DNA of 63,436 bases, the filler included, from Sanchytrium tribonematis (taxonomy: Eukaryota): the NCBI GenBank assembly GCA_018985235.1. It is 12 parts of 12 records of this genome, joined end to end, with 100 filler letters (N's around TTAATTAATTAA, not from the genome) between each part and the next. Parts side by side here need not be neighbours in the genome. Positions count along the whole stretch, not along the records: positions 1 to 22,625 come from JADGIG010000081.1; 11 more parts are not named here. One strand, written 5' to 3'. Position 1 is the first letter of the stretch. The number at the start of each line of letters is the position of its first letter. Below are positions 10,192 to 21,991 of the stretch, in pieces. The notes beneath the pieces are model-generated. The model did no database searches. It worked only from the letters and a program-made list of their open reading frames with translations, and was not told the origin of the DNA. A program made the translations under genes and the position numbers.

Positions 10192-12130
10192 ATGATTTTT
10201 TCAGTTTTTATAATGGGAATTCTAGCCCAAGAATGCGACCCAGGATTTTACTCACCTACTAATGCTAATAATATATGTATAAAATGTCCTCCAGGTACTT
10301 TTAAAAATATTAAAAATGATTTGGAATGTTCTCCGTGTAAAAACTCATACTATCAAGATGAATTTGGTCAAACCGACTGCAAATACTGCAATTTCAAGAC
10401 CATAGGCACTACTGGATGCCTCCCATTTGAATATTTTTTACTCCCATTCTTTGTTGGACTCGTGGCTGCTTTAATGCTTTTATCCTTGATTTATTTAGTT
10501 ACTATATTCAAATCACGCAAATTAGCTCGAAAATTAGATATTGAACTAGCCTCTAATAGCTTTGATCCCCCTACTAAGCGAGCTTTGGAGCTATTAAACA
10601 AAATACGGCCCAAACTAGAGAAAAAAGCAGATATTTTAAGACAAATGGACCAAGCAATTGAGCTTGTAAAGAATACAGGTAGAGCTAATAACCCAATCAG
10701 TCGATATGGTGCTGATTTGGATGATGATTTCAAAGTATTTTTATTGAATTCTGGTTTTGGAGATACGTCTTCCTTTAAAAAGCCACGAAATAGATCCAGA
10801 AAAAATACAACAGAAGACAAAAGAAATTCATTTTCAGTCGTCAGTTCTTCCAATACCAACACCAAATCATTTCTAAGCACCTCTCAAGAAGAATTAGGCA
10901 ACAAAATCAATTTATTAGCCACTAAAGTGTTCAATTTACACGATTTCAAGTCTGTTGAGCAGATGATGACAGAAGCAAGGGATTCTCCATGGCACTTTGA
11001 CATTTTCAAGTTTGCTGATTTAACTAATAATCATCCTATCGTATTTATGGGCTATTTTCTCTTAAAACGACGTAATTTATTGACTAAATTTCAATTGAGA
11101 GATCAAAATGTCTTGAAATTCTTTGATGAGGTCGAATTAAGCTATAATGACAACCCATATCACTCAAACATCCACGCTGCTGATATTATGTATACATTTG
11201 CATCTTTAATCCATAATTCAGCGATTAATGACCATATCACAGATCGTGAAGCATTCTCTACCATTTTAGCGTGTTCGATTCATGATTTGGGGCATCCAGG
11301 TGTTTCAAACATGTTTTTGATCAGAAGTAAAGATCCCTTGGCGTTGCTGTATTCGGATCAGAGTGTATTGGAATATCATCATTGTCACCAAGGATTTGAA
11401 ATTGCTTTATTGCCAGAGCATAATTTATTTTGTGGGTGCGCTGAAGATGAATACTTGGAAATCAGAAAATTGATTATAGATTTAATATTGGCCACAGATA
11501 TGAGTAAGCACTTTGATTTATTGAATAAATTCAAGAATATGAATGCCATTAATCCTAAAATGGCTTCAGAATTGCATATGGATGAATATAGGCGGGTTTT
11601 ATTGATAATTACGATAAAATGCGCAGATTTGAGTAATCCTGCTAAACCAGCTTACATTTATCAGGAATGGTGCAGTCGGGTGATGGAAGAATTCTTTATT
11701 CAGGGCGATTTGGAAAAGAATTTAAATTTACCGGTTTCTAAATTTATGGATAGAGAAAATTGTGATGTGGCTAAATGTCAAGTAGTTTAAATTAATTTAG
11801 TTGAATTTCATGGAAATTATTGTTGTTCCTTTATATGAAGAATATTTTAAATGTTTAGAGGGAAAAAGAGAAAATTTGGTTTTAAAACATTTGGATGGCA
11901 ATATGGATGATTGGATTAATAAAACAAAGACGAGAAGCAATAAGGAATTGAAATCAAATATACCCGATATACGAGTGGATACAGATCATGCATTGCGTAG
12001 ATTGAGCTCATTAACACCAAATTCAACAATTTCTGAGAATATGCCCAAACGGGTGAGATCTAAATCCACTAGAGACTTTTCAAAGATACTTTTTACTCCA
12101 GAAGGAAAAAGAGAATCGATAGTGGAGTAA
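10192..12130 (+). CDS. Class I cyclic-nucleotide phosphodiesterase with signal peptide, Cys-rich ectodomain and one TM helix (2 exons)
   Basis: YHSNIHAAD, HDLGHPG, ATDM and KCADLSN motifs; 19-nt intron 11782-11800 restores CQ-LNFMEIIV. Confidence 0.92.
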
Positions 12131-12147
12131 ATTTCTATTTTATTTTA

Positions 12148-12714
12148 TTAATTTACTTTTTTGAAAGTTGCTATCCAAATAAATCTACTGAATAGTAAAT
12201 ACAGATAACGAAACCATAATAATTGTGATTGGTGTTGCAACATTGCTTGATATCCTGTAAATGCTTGTTTGGGGGAAGAAATAATAAGATTTGAGGAAAA
12301 TGCTGCGAATAATAAATCATAGATTCCAATGTATTTACGATATAATGGGACACTTTCTAATGCATAAAATGGTGTATTGGAAGATTTTAAAGCTTCATAT
12401 ATAGATATATGGTTGATATGGCCACTCACTCCGTATCCATCAAATGAATAAATTGTATGAATTTCATTATTTTGCATAAATGATTCTACTAAAGGCATGA
12501 TATCTTGCTTGGACCAATATTCACCATCTTTTAAAGGTCCTATGGATGCTTTGACATTAAGGCACTTGCAGCTATTTAGAAATTCTTTTTCTCTTATTTT
12601 CCCAAACCCATCAAAATCCCCATTGCTTAGAGTATAAACGTGTGTTATTTTGTACATTATGGGTGTGAAAAACATGCATTCGTCATCCGGATGGGCAATA
12701 ATCAATGCAGACAT
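12148..12714 (-). CDS. GPI12: N-acetylglucosaminyl-phosphatidylinositol de-N-acetylase (PIG-L)
   Basis: IAHPDDECMFF, LSNG, FDGYGVSGHINH, HQSQLLWFRYLY. Confidence 0.92.
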   Translation of the reverse strand: MSALIIAHPDDECMFFTPIMYKITHVYTLSNGDFDGFGKIREKEFLNSCKCLNVKASIGPLKDGEYWSKQDIMPLVESFMQNNEIHTIYSFDGYGVSGHINHISIYEALKSSNTPFYALESVPLYRKYIGIYDLLFAAFSSNLIISSPKQAFTGYQAMLQHQSQLLWFRYLYLLFSRFIWIATFKKVN

Positions 12715-12762
12715 GGAGCAATGTTTGAAAAACTTTTTTTTAAAATTCAAAACACAAAATAT

Positions 12763-13395
12763 TTACTGAGACTCAATGGATTTACCATAATAAAATGACT
12801 TTTTTGGAGTTGCCAAACATACGCGAATCTTTCGACTCATAAATTCAGATGATTGCATTTCAATTAATGCCATATTGATGTCATTTTCATCCTCAAATCT
12901 CACAAATCCATATCCACGAGATTGATTGGTAATTGGATCAAAAATGACTTTTGCAGTAATTGCAGAGTTATACACATTCTTAAAATGCTCGTATAATTGG
13001 AAATCGGTGCATGAGGCGGGTAAATCCCCAACAAACAAAGAAAACTCATTTGGCTGCTGATGCACGATTCCGCTAGCCCAATTCAAACGAAAGAATTTCA
13101 TGGTGTTGGGAATAATCTGATGATTGAGGGATATTAACACTTCATGAGCATCTTCGTAGCTTTCGAATTCAATAAAGCAATAGTTATTCACTTTATACTT
13201 GTTAATTCGCTTTATGGTGACATTATGTCCATATTCTTTGAATATCTGACATAAAAATTCATCTGACCAATTAGAATCCAATTCTCCCATCCATAGACAA
13301 GCTCGTTTCTTATTCATCAGATTTAATAATCCATTATATGGATGGTCTTTTGGAATCGGATCGAATAAAGAGAATACTGGAAGCGTAGTAAACAT
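12763..13395 (-). CDS. Two-RRM RNA-binding protein (Nam8/Ngr1/SECp43-like)
   Basis: LWMGEL, YCFIEF, FRLNWAS, FSLFVGDL, SRGYGFVRF. Confidence 0.85.
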   Translation of the reverse strand: MFTTLPVFSLFDPIPKDHPYNGLLNLMNKKRACLWMGELDSNWSDEFLCQIFKEYGHNVTIKRINKYKVNNYCFIEFESYEDAHEVLISLNHQIIPNTMKFFRLNWASGIVHQQPNEFSLFVGDLPASCTDFQLYEHFKNVYNSAITAKVIFDPITNQSRGYGFVRFEDENDINMALIEMQSSEFMSRKIRVCLATPKKSFYYGKSIESQ

Positions 13396-13630
13396 TTATG
13401 GCCTAGAGGTATAAAAAGTTTTAGAAAATCTCTTGATAGACGTCCTGATGACGTCGGATAAAAAGTGCTATTTAGACTTGGGAGAGATTCAAGATATTCA
13501 AATGGCTGAATTGAATATGGAGTGATTTTCAAGTCATAAAATCAATCATAAGATGAAAATGATCTCATTCTGGATGTTTTATGATGTCATTTGGAGCTTA
13601 AAAGAAAAATCAATCTAGAAATGTCGTGAA

Positions 13631-13990
13631 ATGTTGGCATTCTTCTTAGTACTACTATTTGCTGCTCCAATGTATCCAAATGAGCCACATGGTTTTTCAC
13701 AACGAGTACAAACATCACAGGAAAAAACCAATGGTTCACCCGCAAATGTAGCTAGATCAGCGAGAGCAGATGATCCAATGGATGTAGATTCAGAAAGAGA
13801 ACCAGAAGAAGAAGAAGATGGAGAAGAAGATGATGAAGAAGAAGAAGATGATGATGAAGAAGTGTCTGATAGCGGAGGTGAAACCAGTGATGATGATGAA
13901 CCCATTGATTCAGAAGAGTTACAAGAATTAAAAGCAGCAAGCAAACAACCTCTTGCACCAGGACTTTCACAAATTTTGGCTCAATATTAA
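13631..13990 (+). CDS. Small secreted acidic protein (tandem paralog 1)
   Basis: Signal peptide MLAFFLVLLFAAP; long D/E tract. Confidence 0.7.
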   Translation: MLAFFLVLLFAAPMYPNEPHGFSQRVQTSQEKTNGSPANVARSARADDPMDVDSEREPEEEEDGEEDDEEEEDDDEEVSDSGGETSDDDEPIDSEELQELKAASKQPLAPGLSQILAQY

Positions 13991-14110
13991 TAAATGAAAT
14001 CACATCAAATTCACGTCATTAAAATTCACGAGCGCGTCATGAGATGCAAAATGATCTCATTTGGATGTGATATGGCGTCATTGGGGGTATAAAAGAGAAA
14101 AGAAACCAAA

Positions 14111-14431
14111 ATGACTCGTGTGATGTTGGCATTTTTAATCGTTTTATTATTTGCTGCTCCAATGATGCCAAATGTTGTTCCTTCAGATTCCGATTCAGAT
14201 AGACTTACAAAGAGACCAAAATTTAGTAGTGTTGTAGTTCCATTCCACGGTTCAAGTGGTAGTGGTGATAGCGATGTTGATAGTGATGGTAAACTTAGTG
14301 AAGGTGAAGAATCCGATATTGGAGAGAGCGAACCTGATGGAGAAAGTTTGGGAGACGATAGTGATATTAGCAGTGATGGTGAGGAACCAGATACGGATGA
14401 CGAGAAATTCATAGCATCTGATTCCGAATAA
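14111..14431 (+). CDS. Small secreted acidic protein (tandem paralog 2)
   Basis: Signal peptide MLAFLIVLLFAAP; KRPK basic patch; D/S/E-rich tail. Confidence 0.7.
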   Translation: MTRVMLAFLIVLLFAAPMMPNVVPSDSDSDRLTKRPKFSSVVVPFHGSSGSGDSDVDSDGKLSEGEESDIGESEPDGESLGDDSDISSDGEEPDTDDEKFIASDSE

Positions 14432-14502
14432 TAATAAAAAAATCGAAAAAATATTTTAAAATTTGAAAATACCCCTCTTCAAACAACAAACCCACTCCGA
14501 AA

Positions 14503-14922
14503 ATGTCACATCAAGCAAGCGCACAATTAGGTGGAAAAGGAACCGTAAGACGAAAGGTAAGAAGACAGGGACAACCGAATCAGGATCAGCATAAACAAAT
14601 TGCGTCCATCATGCAGAAATTGGGTGCTTCTCAAATTCAACAGAATGGGCAGGTGAATTTGTATAAAGATGATGGAAAAGTGTTGACAAGTAACAATCCT
14701 ACTGTAAACTACGCACAACAGGGCCATGTGTTTAGTATTTCTGGTGGAAATTGGTCAGAAAAGACTGCTCAAGAAGTTCAACCGGATATTTTAGAGGGAA
14801 TGAATCCGGAAAGCATTGCTGCATTGCAGAAATTGGCTGAATCTTATCAAAACACCAACCAAATGAAGAAAGATGTTGAAGATGTTCCAGATTTGGTAGA
14901 AGATGCAAATCAACTTGATTAA
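14503..14922 (+). CDS. EGD1: Nascent polypeptide-associated complex beta subunit (BTF3)
   Basis: GGKGTVRRK, VNLYKDDGKV, DVPDLVE. Confidence 0.92.
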   Translation: MSHQASAQLGGKGTVRRKVRRQGQPNQDQHKQIASIMQKLGASQIQQNGQVNLYKDDGKVLTSNNPTVNYAQQGHVFSISGGNWSEKTAQEVQPDILEGMNPESIAALQKLAESYQNTNQMKKDVEDVPDLVEDANQLD

Positions 14923-15124
14923 CAGAAATAAATGATTTTCAGCTAATATTAGGTGAAGATTATCATGCACCGTGCACAGACATTGAAGATTATCAGGATC
15001 TATTGACAGATTTATCAGAAATCATTTCCAATGAGAAGTTGAAATTGGGTCTGTGGCCAATCATGTCATTTCTAATCACCTGCTCGAGACTATTAATAAC
15101 ATGATGAGTAATATTGTTAAAGAC

Positions 15125-17557
15125 ATGCTATTGCTATTAATCATTCAAATATTGGCAGTCCTTGGAGTTGGAAGCAACCTACGCACAGGAATTTTCCAAT
15201 TACCAAGTCGGAGTCGCGTCCAGGAACTACAAGATCCTCAAAAGAAATCTACGGGTAACATAGAACCTGCAAACGAAAAACCTGCAAACATAGCATTTAT
15301 GAAGGAAATGGATGACAAAATCGAAAAATATACCAAATTAAAAGCAAACAAAGGTATCATCTCCAAACTTCGATTGCTTTACAACGATCCATTAGAAGTC
15401 CAATTTGGATTAACTGCTGCAGATTTAATCGCGACTTTAAATGATATTAAAGATGGGAAATTAGATATTGACACAGAAAGAATAGATGCACTGGCAGTTT
15501 CCAGAGAAGCAGTTGATTACGTTCTTGCCAAACTCACCAATCTTGAACCATCATCAACTTCTTTTGATGATAACGAAAAAAAGAAAAAAATCAAAGAACG
15601 ACTTTTATCAGTTCAAGAAAAATATAAAAATGCAGAAAAAATTCGATTGGCTATGAAATCCATTCAAAGATCATATGCCATCACCTCGAAAGAAGAATTT
15701 GAGAGAATATTTAATGGTGCAACTATTGATAGTCTATTAAAATCTCCATTATCAGTGGAATATGCATTAAACAAGCTTGAAAATGTCAAAGTTGGAGACA
15801 GCGAAGCATTCAAACATGAAGTTTTCGAGCGATTGAAGGACAAGCAAAACCAATTTGAAAAAGAACAGCCAAATGATGTCATTCAAGCGCGTAAATTGAT
15901 CAAACAGCGTGAAGTATTGAAGAATGAAATGCCACATGATACCACATTTATCGTATTGGGTGTCTTTTTTGGAGCATATTCATTTTATATTCATGAAATG
16001 GCTGTTGTGGTAATTGGATCTGTTTTGGCAAGTTTTACATTTTTAAAAATGGTATTAAATAATGGACATAATGCAAAAGAAGCATTAATTGCCATTACGC
16101 AGTCATTGGATTTAAAAAAAGCAGAGGATTTTAAACATGCGTATTATAACACCATTAATTCTGATGTTTTCAAGGAAGTGAGTCAAGAAGCATACGATGG
16201 AAAAACTGGAGACGCAAAAGACGCCAAGCTTATAGAAGACCTTCTCTCTTCGCCTGTGGATTTGAATTTTGTTAAATCTGGAGATAAGTCGTTGATTGAT
16301 GAAAGAAAATTCAATGAACTAAGCAACAAAGTCATTAACAATGCAGATGAAAGCGTTAAAGATCTTCTTCGTGACACAGCTGCACGTGGTAAATTAATGG
16401 CCATTATCCAAAAAGAAGGTCTTTCAAAGATTCTAGCAGATTCGATGCCAGATGATCAACGTAGAAACATATACTTTGTAGCAGAAGCCACATCTGCCAT
16501 GTTGAGATTGCAACCTATGGATGATAAACGATTTGAAGTATCTGATATATCCAAAGATGATTTTGTCAGATTGTCACATCCCCAAGTTTTAGATCAAGCA
16601 CAGTCATTTTTGAGTCAACGCGTTAAAGAATTAGAACGAGCAGCAAAAACAGCAACAAATGATCAAGATAAATCAAGTATTGCATCAGGTGTTGATAAAT
16701 TGAAACAACAAAAACAGTATTTGAATGAAGCAGCAGGATTAACTTTAAAACGTAGATTCTTCAGAGTCATGGCCCCATTCATCAAAGTATTAGCAGTCGT
16801 ATTAAAAGTATCCATCTTATCATATGGATTTGGCTTCTTAGTGGCAGATATAGCCATTGCAAAAGCACAAGCAGGAATCGCAATGCATGCCGCATTTGAT
16901 GCTGTAGTAAGAATGAGTTCCATGTTTTATGGAGGATTCGTATTATCTGCTACTGCTGCTGCGATTGCCAAGGTATTTGGACCAGATATCATTAGCAGAA
17001 TCAAACATACTTTAAAATTGGGAGATGCTCCAAAACCAGCATTTGATGCTGATAAAATGGCTGAAAGTATGTTGGAATCAATGAGAGTGACAGATACAGT
17101 TGATTCATTTAGTATTTGGAGGTCTCTATCTCGTCCAAAATACACTTTACTCCAATTTTATGAAATGGTCAAAAATCCAATTAAATCCTCTAAAAATGGA
17201 TGGCGTGGTCTAAATAGTGGGTTAAGAAGTGGTCTAGAAAAGACAAAAGTGATGGCTATCAATTCAAAGCGTCGAGCAGTCCAAATAGCTAGTTTTAACA
17301 AAATTAAATTTGAAAAAGAATATACCCGCACAGATAAAGAAAGAAAACAAAAAATTGATAGAATTATTGAATTGCAAAAAGCAGCACATGATGCCACAAC
17401 TGGTTTAAAGAAGGATTTAGTAGCAAATGGACAGCAACCTGGTGTCATTGAACAAACTAAATTTCATTTATCAAATGTGCCAGTTGTTGGATCCACTCTC
17501 ACTCCCCCTGAACCAGATGGTCCTCCTGCAGATGGTCCTGCCACACGGCCCGCTTAA
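15125..17557 (+). CDS. Large hypothetical membrane protein with signal peptide, coiled-coil regions and about 4 TM segments
   Basis: Long ORF; hydrophobic start MLLLLIIQILAV; two hydrophobic hairpins; no family recognised. Confidence 0.7.
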   Translation: MLLLLIIQILAVLGVGSNLRTGIFQLPSRSRVQELQDPQKKSTGNIEPANEKPANIAFMKEMDDKIEKYTKLKANKGIISKLRLLYNDPLEVQFGLTAADLIATLNDIKDGKLDIDTERIDALAVSREAVDYVLAKLTNLEPSSTSFDDNEKKKKIKERLLSVQEKYKNAEKIRLAMKSIQRSYAITSKEEFERIFNGATIDSLLKSPLSVEYALNKLENVKVGDSEAFKHEVFERLKDKQNQFEKEQPNDVIQARKLIKQREVLKNEMPHDTTFIVLGVFFGAYSFYIHEMAVVVIGSVLASFTFLKMVLNNGHNAKEALIAITQSLDLKKAEDFKHAYYNTINSDVFKEVSQEAYDGKTGDAKDAKLIEDLLSSPVDLNFVKSGDKSLIDERKFNELSNKVINNADESVKDLLRDTAARGKLMAIIQKEGLSKILADSMPDDQRRNIYFVAEATSAMLRLQPMDDKRFEVSDISKDDFVRLSHPQVLDQAQSFLSQRVKELERAAKTATNDQDKSSIASGVDKLKQQKQYLNEAAGLTLKRRFFRVMAPFIKVLAVVLKVSILSYGFGFLVADIAIAKAQAGIAMHAAFDAVVRMSSMFYGGFVLSATAAAIAKVFGPDIISRIKHTLKLGDAPKPAFDADKMAESMLESMRVTDTVDSFSIWRSLSRPKYTLLQFYEMVKNPIKSSKNGWRGLNSGLRSGLEKTKVMAINSKRRAVQIASFNKIKFEKEYTRTDKERKQKIDRIIELQKAAHDATTGLKKDLVANGQQPGVIEQTKFHLSNVPVVGSTLTPPEPDGPPADGPATRPA

Positions 17558-17590
17558 ATAAAATTCATTTACAATTAATTTATTGGTGGC

Positions 17591-18758
17591 CTAGTGCTCC
17601 ATGCCAGCTAATTCTCGCTCTAAATCTTCATCCACATCCATGGGTTGATTTCTCATACTATATTGTTCTGCAATGGAAGATCTCATATCATGTTGTTGAG
17701 TCATGCGTCTTGCTTGTTCAATATCTGGAGATGCGAGTCTAAATTAATGGATATTACGTGCTCAATTGTCTAGGGCGTCGTTTGATTTCCTTCTCATGCT
17801 TCCAACTAGCTAATTCTGACAATATTTGTCGTTTAATTTCATCCATGCTTTTTGCACTCTCAAATCCAAAATCAAAATGATTGGTGGTTGGCTCATCTTG
17901 TTCATCGTGATATGTCTCTAGATATGGGTGTTTTAATGCTTGTTCTACGGTAATTCGCTGAGCAGGATCAAAAGCCAATAATTTCTCCAATAAATCTAAA
18001 GCAAGTGGGGAAGCTTTGGAATATAATTGAGAATATGGTACTTTTGGGACTTTGGGGAGACTGCGAATATACACTTGAGCACGTTGAGATCCAATTCTGT
18101 TGAGGGTTTCTTCATCTGGAGTCCCTAAAATACGCAAAATTTGATTTAATTGATCTACGTAATCTCTGCCTTTAAACAATGGTTTACTGCCTAGTAATTC
18201 TGCAAAAATACAGCCTACACTCCATAAATCAATGGCTTTTGTGTAAGATTGGAAACTCAGCATGATTTCTGGTGCTCTGTACCATCTTGTAGCCACATAT
18301 TCAGTCATGAATCCAATATTAGAGTCATGTCCATCTGTGTAGCCTCTAGCTAGTCCAAAATCACATATTTTCAACTCACAATCCGCATTTACCAATAAAT
18401 TACCAGGTTTCAAATCTCTATGCAATACATTAGCAGAATGAATGTATTTTAAGCCTTTTAAGATTTGATACAAGAAATATTGGTAGTGGGAATCACTTAA
18501 TGGCTGTTCAGATCTAATAATTTGATGCAAATCAGCTTCCATTAATTCTTCAACTAGGTAAATTTCATTGAATTGAGTGGGATGTGGGGTATCAAAATCA
18601 ATAAGACCAGTGATATTCTCATGACCATTAAAATGACGAAGCAATTTGATTTCTCTTAAAGCTCTTTTGGCTAAAATAGTTTTATCAAATACTTTGGTGA
18701 TCTTTTTAATAGCTACTAATTCACCAGTATCGATGTTTAGCAGAACTGACTTGGCCAT
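17591..18758 (-). CDS. SLT2: MAP kinase, Slt2/Mpk1 (cell-wall integrity) type; 5' end abnormal
   Basis: [42 protein letters not shown]; 19-nt intron 17739-17757 adds a tail ending [11 protein letters not shown]; no GxGxYG loop found upstream. Confidence 0.85.
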
Positions 18759-19145
18759 CACGTTTGGAAAATTTAATTACTTGTAAATTACATTGGTGTA
18801 ATTGGTTACAAACATTTGTTTCAAAAAATTTGGCTTGAGACTTAATTTTATTCTTAATTGATTTACAATTCTTTCCAAGTTTAAAAATTAAAAACTGAAA
18901 CCTGGTTGAATAAATACTAAAATATTCAAAGTTATCAATAATGTTCTTTGTTTAAGTAGTAAATTAACTGTTTGTATGAAAATTTTTACATTCAATTCAT
19001 ACCCATCCTTTTGTTGCAAAATAGGTTTAAAAAGAATCTACAGTTTTGTTAATCGCAGATACTGTAAATTGATTAATCTTACCAATCACAATATCTGGTT
19101 ATACTTGTATATTTAAAAAAAAATAAATCAAGCCACATTTAAAAA

Positions 19146-21319
19146 ATGACTCGAGAATTGAATTTTGTTTTGATTTTTTATTTCATGCTGACGACGCGTA
19201 TATTTAGTGCTTCAGTAGATTGTCCAGTCATTATGAACTTTTTGCAGGGTCTTAATTTACATTTGACTGATCCAATCTTTTATCAGAATATTCCAGCAGA
19301 CTGCTGCGGTTATAGAATTTACACTCCCCCTGTTGGATCACTATATATTGAATGTACAGGATCAGGCTCAAGTCAATTTATCACTAGATTACAGCTTGGT
19401 TATGTCAGAATCAATGGGACGATCAAAAGTCAATATTTAACATCATCCTTGTTTCAATTACAAATTCTTGGGACATCTCTAAGTTCCAGTATTCCAAACG
19501 ATCTACCAAATTCAATCAGAGACTTATTTTTAGGAGGTAACATGTTTAGATCCTTGCCCACTACATTTCCTAATGCGCTTTATAATCTTTATTTGGGCGA
19601 AAATATGATTACTGGCACTTTCCCTATAAATTTACCAAATTCTATTCAATATTTATACGTAAATGACAACAAACTACAAGGTGCCATTTCAAATACACTT
19701 CCATCACAGTTATTAGAATTGGGAGTTTCAAATAATCAATTCGATGTTTTTCCAATCTCGTTTCCAAATAACTTAGAGTATTTATTCATGGATGGTAACA
19801 AATTTACCAAAATGCCAAATCTACCGCCAAATATTTTTTATGTAGAGATATTTAATAATTTGATATATGACAAATTGCCAAATTCATTTGCGGCCTCTCT
19901 TAATACCTTAGATGCAAGCAACAATATGATTTACGGTACAATACCAACTCCAACAAGTTCTATGCGCACCTTGTATTTAAGCAAAAATCAGCTTAACGGG
20001 AGTCTTCCTGCCAATTTAGCATCTCTTTCATATTTTCAGGTAGATTCTAATTATTTGACAGGCGCTCTACCAAATACTTGGAATACCTACATTTCCCAGC
20101 TAAACATCAGTCATAATTCCTTTACCGGTGCAATCCCAAAGTTCAATTTAACTTCAAGTCCCTACATATTTGATTTATCTTGGAATAATTTCACTGGAAA
20201 TTTGCCAATTTTAATTTCTAAACAATTTCGTATTGCTGATTTGTCGCACAATCAGTTGTCTGGTGATATTGATTTGGGATATTCCAATATAAAAGATTTG
20301 AGATTGAGTTTCAACAAATTCACAAAATATCCAAAATCATTGCCACAAGCCATCAATACGCTAAAATTAGATAATAATCAAATGTATGGCAACATCATAT
20401 ACGATTTACCAGGTTCCCTAAGCACCATTGACTTGTCTAGCAACAATTTCACTGGAAATATCCCAAATTGGCAAATTAATGCAACTCGCATTTATTTCAA
20501 TATTTCCAACAATTTATTCACTGGCACTATTCCACAATCCTTACAATCAGTTGCAACCTTGGATTTATCTAACAATCATCTGAGTGGATGCATTAATTAT
20601 CAATTCACAGGATCCAATTTTTATTTCAATAATAATTATTTGAGTGGGAATCTGTCCTTTAAATTACCAGTAGAATTACATTTGCAGAATAATAGCATCA
20701 CTGATGTCATTATTAATAATGCTACAGTTCTCAGTCAATGTGATCTGAGCAACAATCCAATAGCACCTGGAGTGTTTGGTAAAACATTCAAAAATCAATG
20801 CAATTTGAATGGCACTTATGTAAATAGCAGAGCCAATTGTAGAGTATTTGCACTAAATGAAACGGGTGATCCATTTATTAAAGTTGAGACCACCACAGTT
20901 TTGACAACCACCCAATCAAAAACGACTTTAGATGCAACTAGCACTCAAATATTTACAACTCCATTACAGCCACAAGTGACATCAGATGAAATCACCACTT
21001 ATCTGGATGTATTAGAGACTGTCCTAACGCGTATTTCCTTGTTAATTTAGGCCCCATCCGTGTATTAGCAAATAAGAGCATCTCATTACAAAATGCATCA
21101 TCCGTTATTCAAATCAACACTTTAATGAGTAATACGACTTTACTGGTGGTAGAAACTTTTAATTATAAATGGCCAGTGGCTCCATTTTCAATTGTTTGGA
21201 CATTAGTGACCGTATTGAAATTATGCTGCAATACACTGATTATTGGGATGGTATTGAGTAAAACACCAATTAGAAGAAGTAAAAATGGACCTAATAACAG
21301 GAGCAACATTACATTTTAA
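19146..21319 (+). CDS. Leucine-rich-repeat receptor-like membrane protein (2 exons)
   Basis: Signal, DCP..DCC N-cap, LxxLxLxxNxxxGxxP repeats, CDLSNNP C-cap, Thr-rich stalk; 20-nt intron 21031-21050 joins the TM exon. Confidence 0.85.
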
Positions 21320-21328
21320 TAAATGAAT

Positions 21329-21991
21329 TTATTGAAGCGTCTTTTTGAAAAACGAGTGCATTCTCTCTTCTGCTAATTTAGCACATTCTGGCTCAAATGG
21401 ATAAGCAGTGGCATGTGTATTCATAAATGCGTGATTTGCATCATATTCATAAAACTCGTCAGTCTTGAAATTCACATTCTCTAATTCACTCTTTAATTTG
21501 GAGTATGCTGGTTGATCACTAAATCCTTTTTGAGAGTCTTTTTTACCAAAATGAAATTGCATTGGGATTTTCAAGGTGGTGTAGTCAAAGTATTGTTTGG
21601 GTGGGATTCCATAAAAACAGACACCTGAAGAAAATAAATTGGGCAATTTGACAGCTGCAGCAATGGTGAGTGCGCCACCCATGCAATAACCAATGACACC
21701 AATTTTGGAACATCCTTTAGATTTGAGATATTCACCTAGATTCTTGATGTCATTGACTGCGTTTCCAAAATCCATTCCATCCATTAAATGGTGAGCTTCA
21801 TCTTTATCTTGAGTGACTCTGTTTCTGTACAAATCGGGAATCACGACTTTGTAATTTTTGGAGTATTTTTGGCCATATTCTTTCATGTTGTCATCAACTC
21901 CCCACCACTCTTGAATCAGGACGATTCCAGTTGTTGCAGATGGATTATCATAAAAGAGACCTGGTGTTTGATTGTGCGTGACAGAAGACAT
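21329..21991 (-). CDS. Dienelactone hydrolase family protein
   Basis: IQEWWGV, IPDLY, nucleophile motif GYCMGG, HAFMN. Confidence 0.92.
   Translation of the reverse strand: MSSVTHNQTPGLFYDNPSATTGIVLIQEWWGVDDNMKEYGQKYSKNYKVVIPDLYRNRVTQDKDEAHHLMDGMDFGNAVNDIKNLGEYLKSKGCSKIGVIGYCMGGALTIAAAVKLPNLFSSGVCFYGIPPKQYFDYTTLKIPMQFHFGKKDSQKGFSDQPAYSKLKSELENVNFKTDEFYEYDANHAFMNTHATAYPFEPECAKLAEERMHSFFKKTLQ

Noticed and set aside
11782..11800. In-frame TAA/TAG in conserved genes suggesting stop-codon reassignment
   Set aside because: Downstream homology is in a different frame and is explained by 19-20 nt introns; TAA and TAG end genes normally.
13790..13900. GAA/GAT trinucleotide-rich tract
   Set aside because: Simply encodes the acidic tract of the 13631 protein.
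9770..17650. PMDVD peptide in three proteins (F-box exon 1, 13631 protein, MAPK tail)
   Set aside because: MDVD-type motifs are common in disordered acidic regions; no wider DNA similarity.
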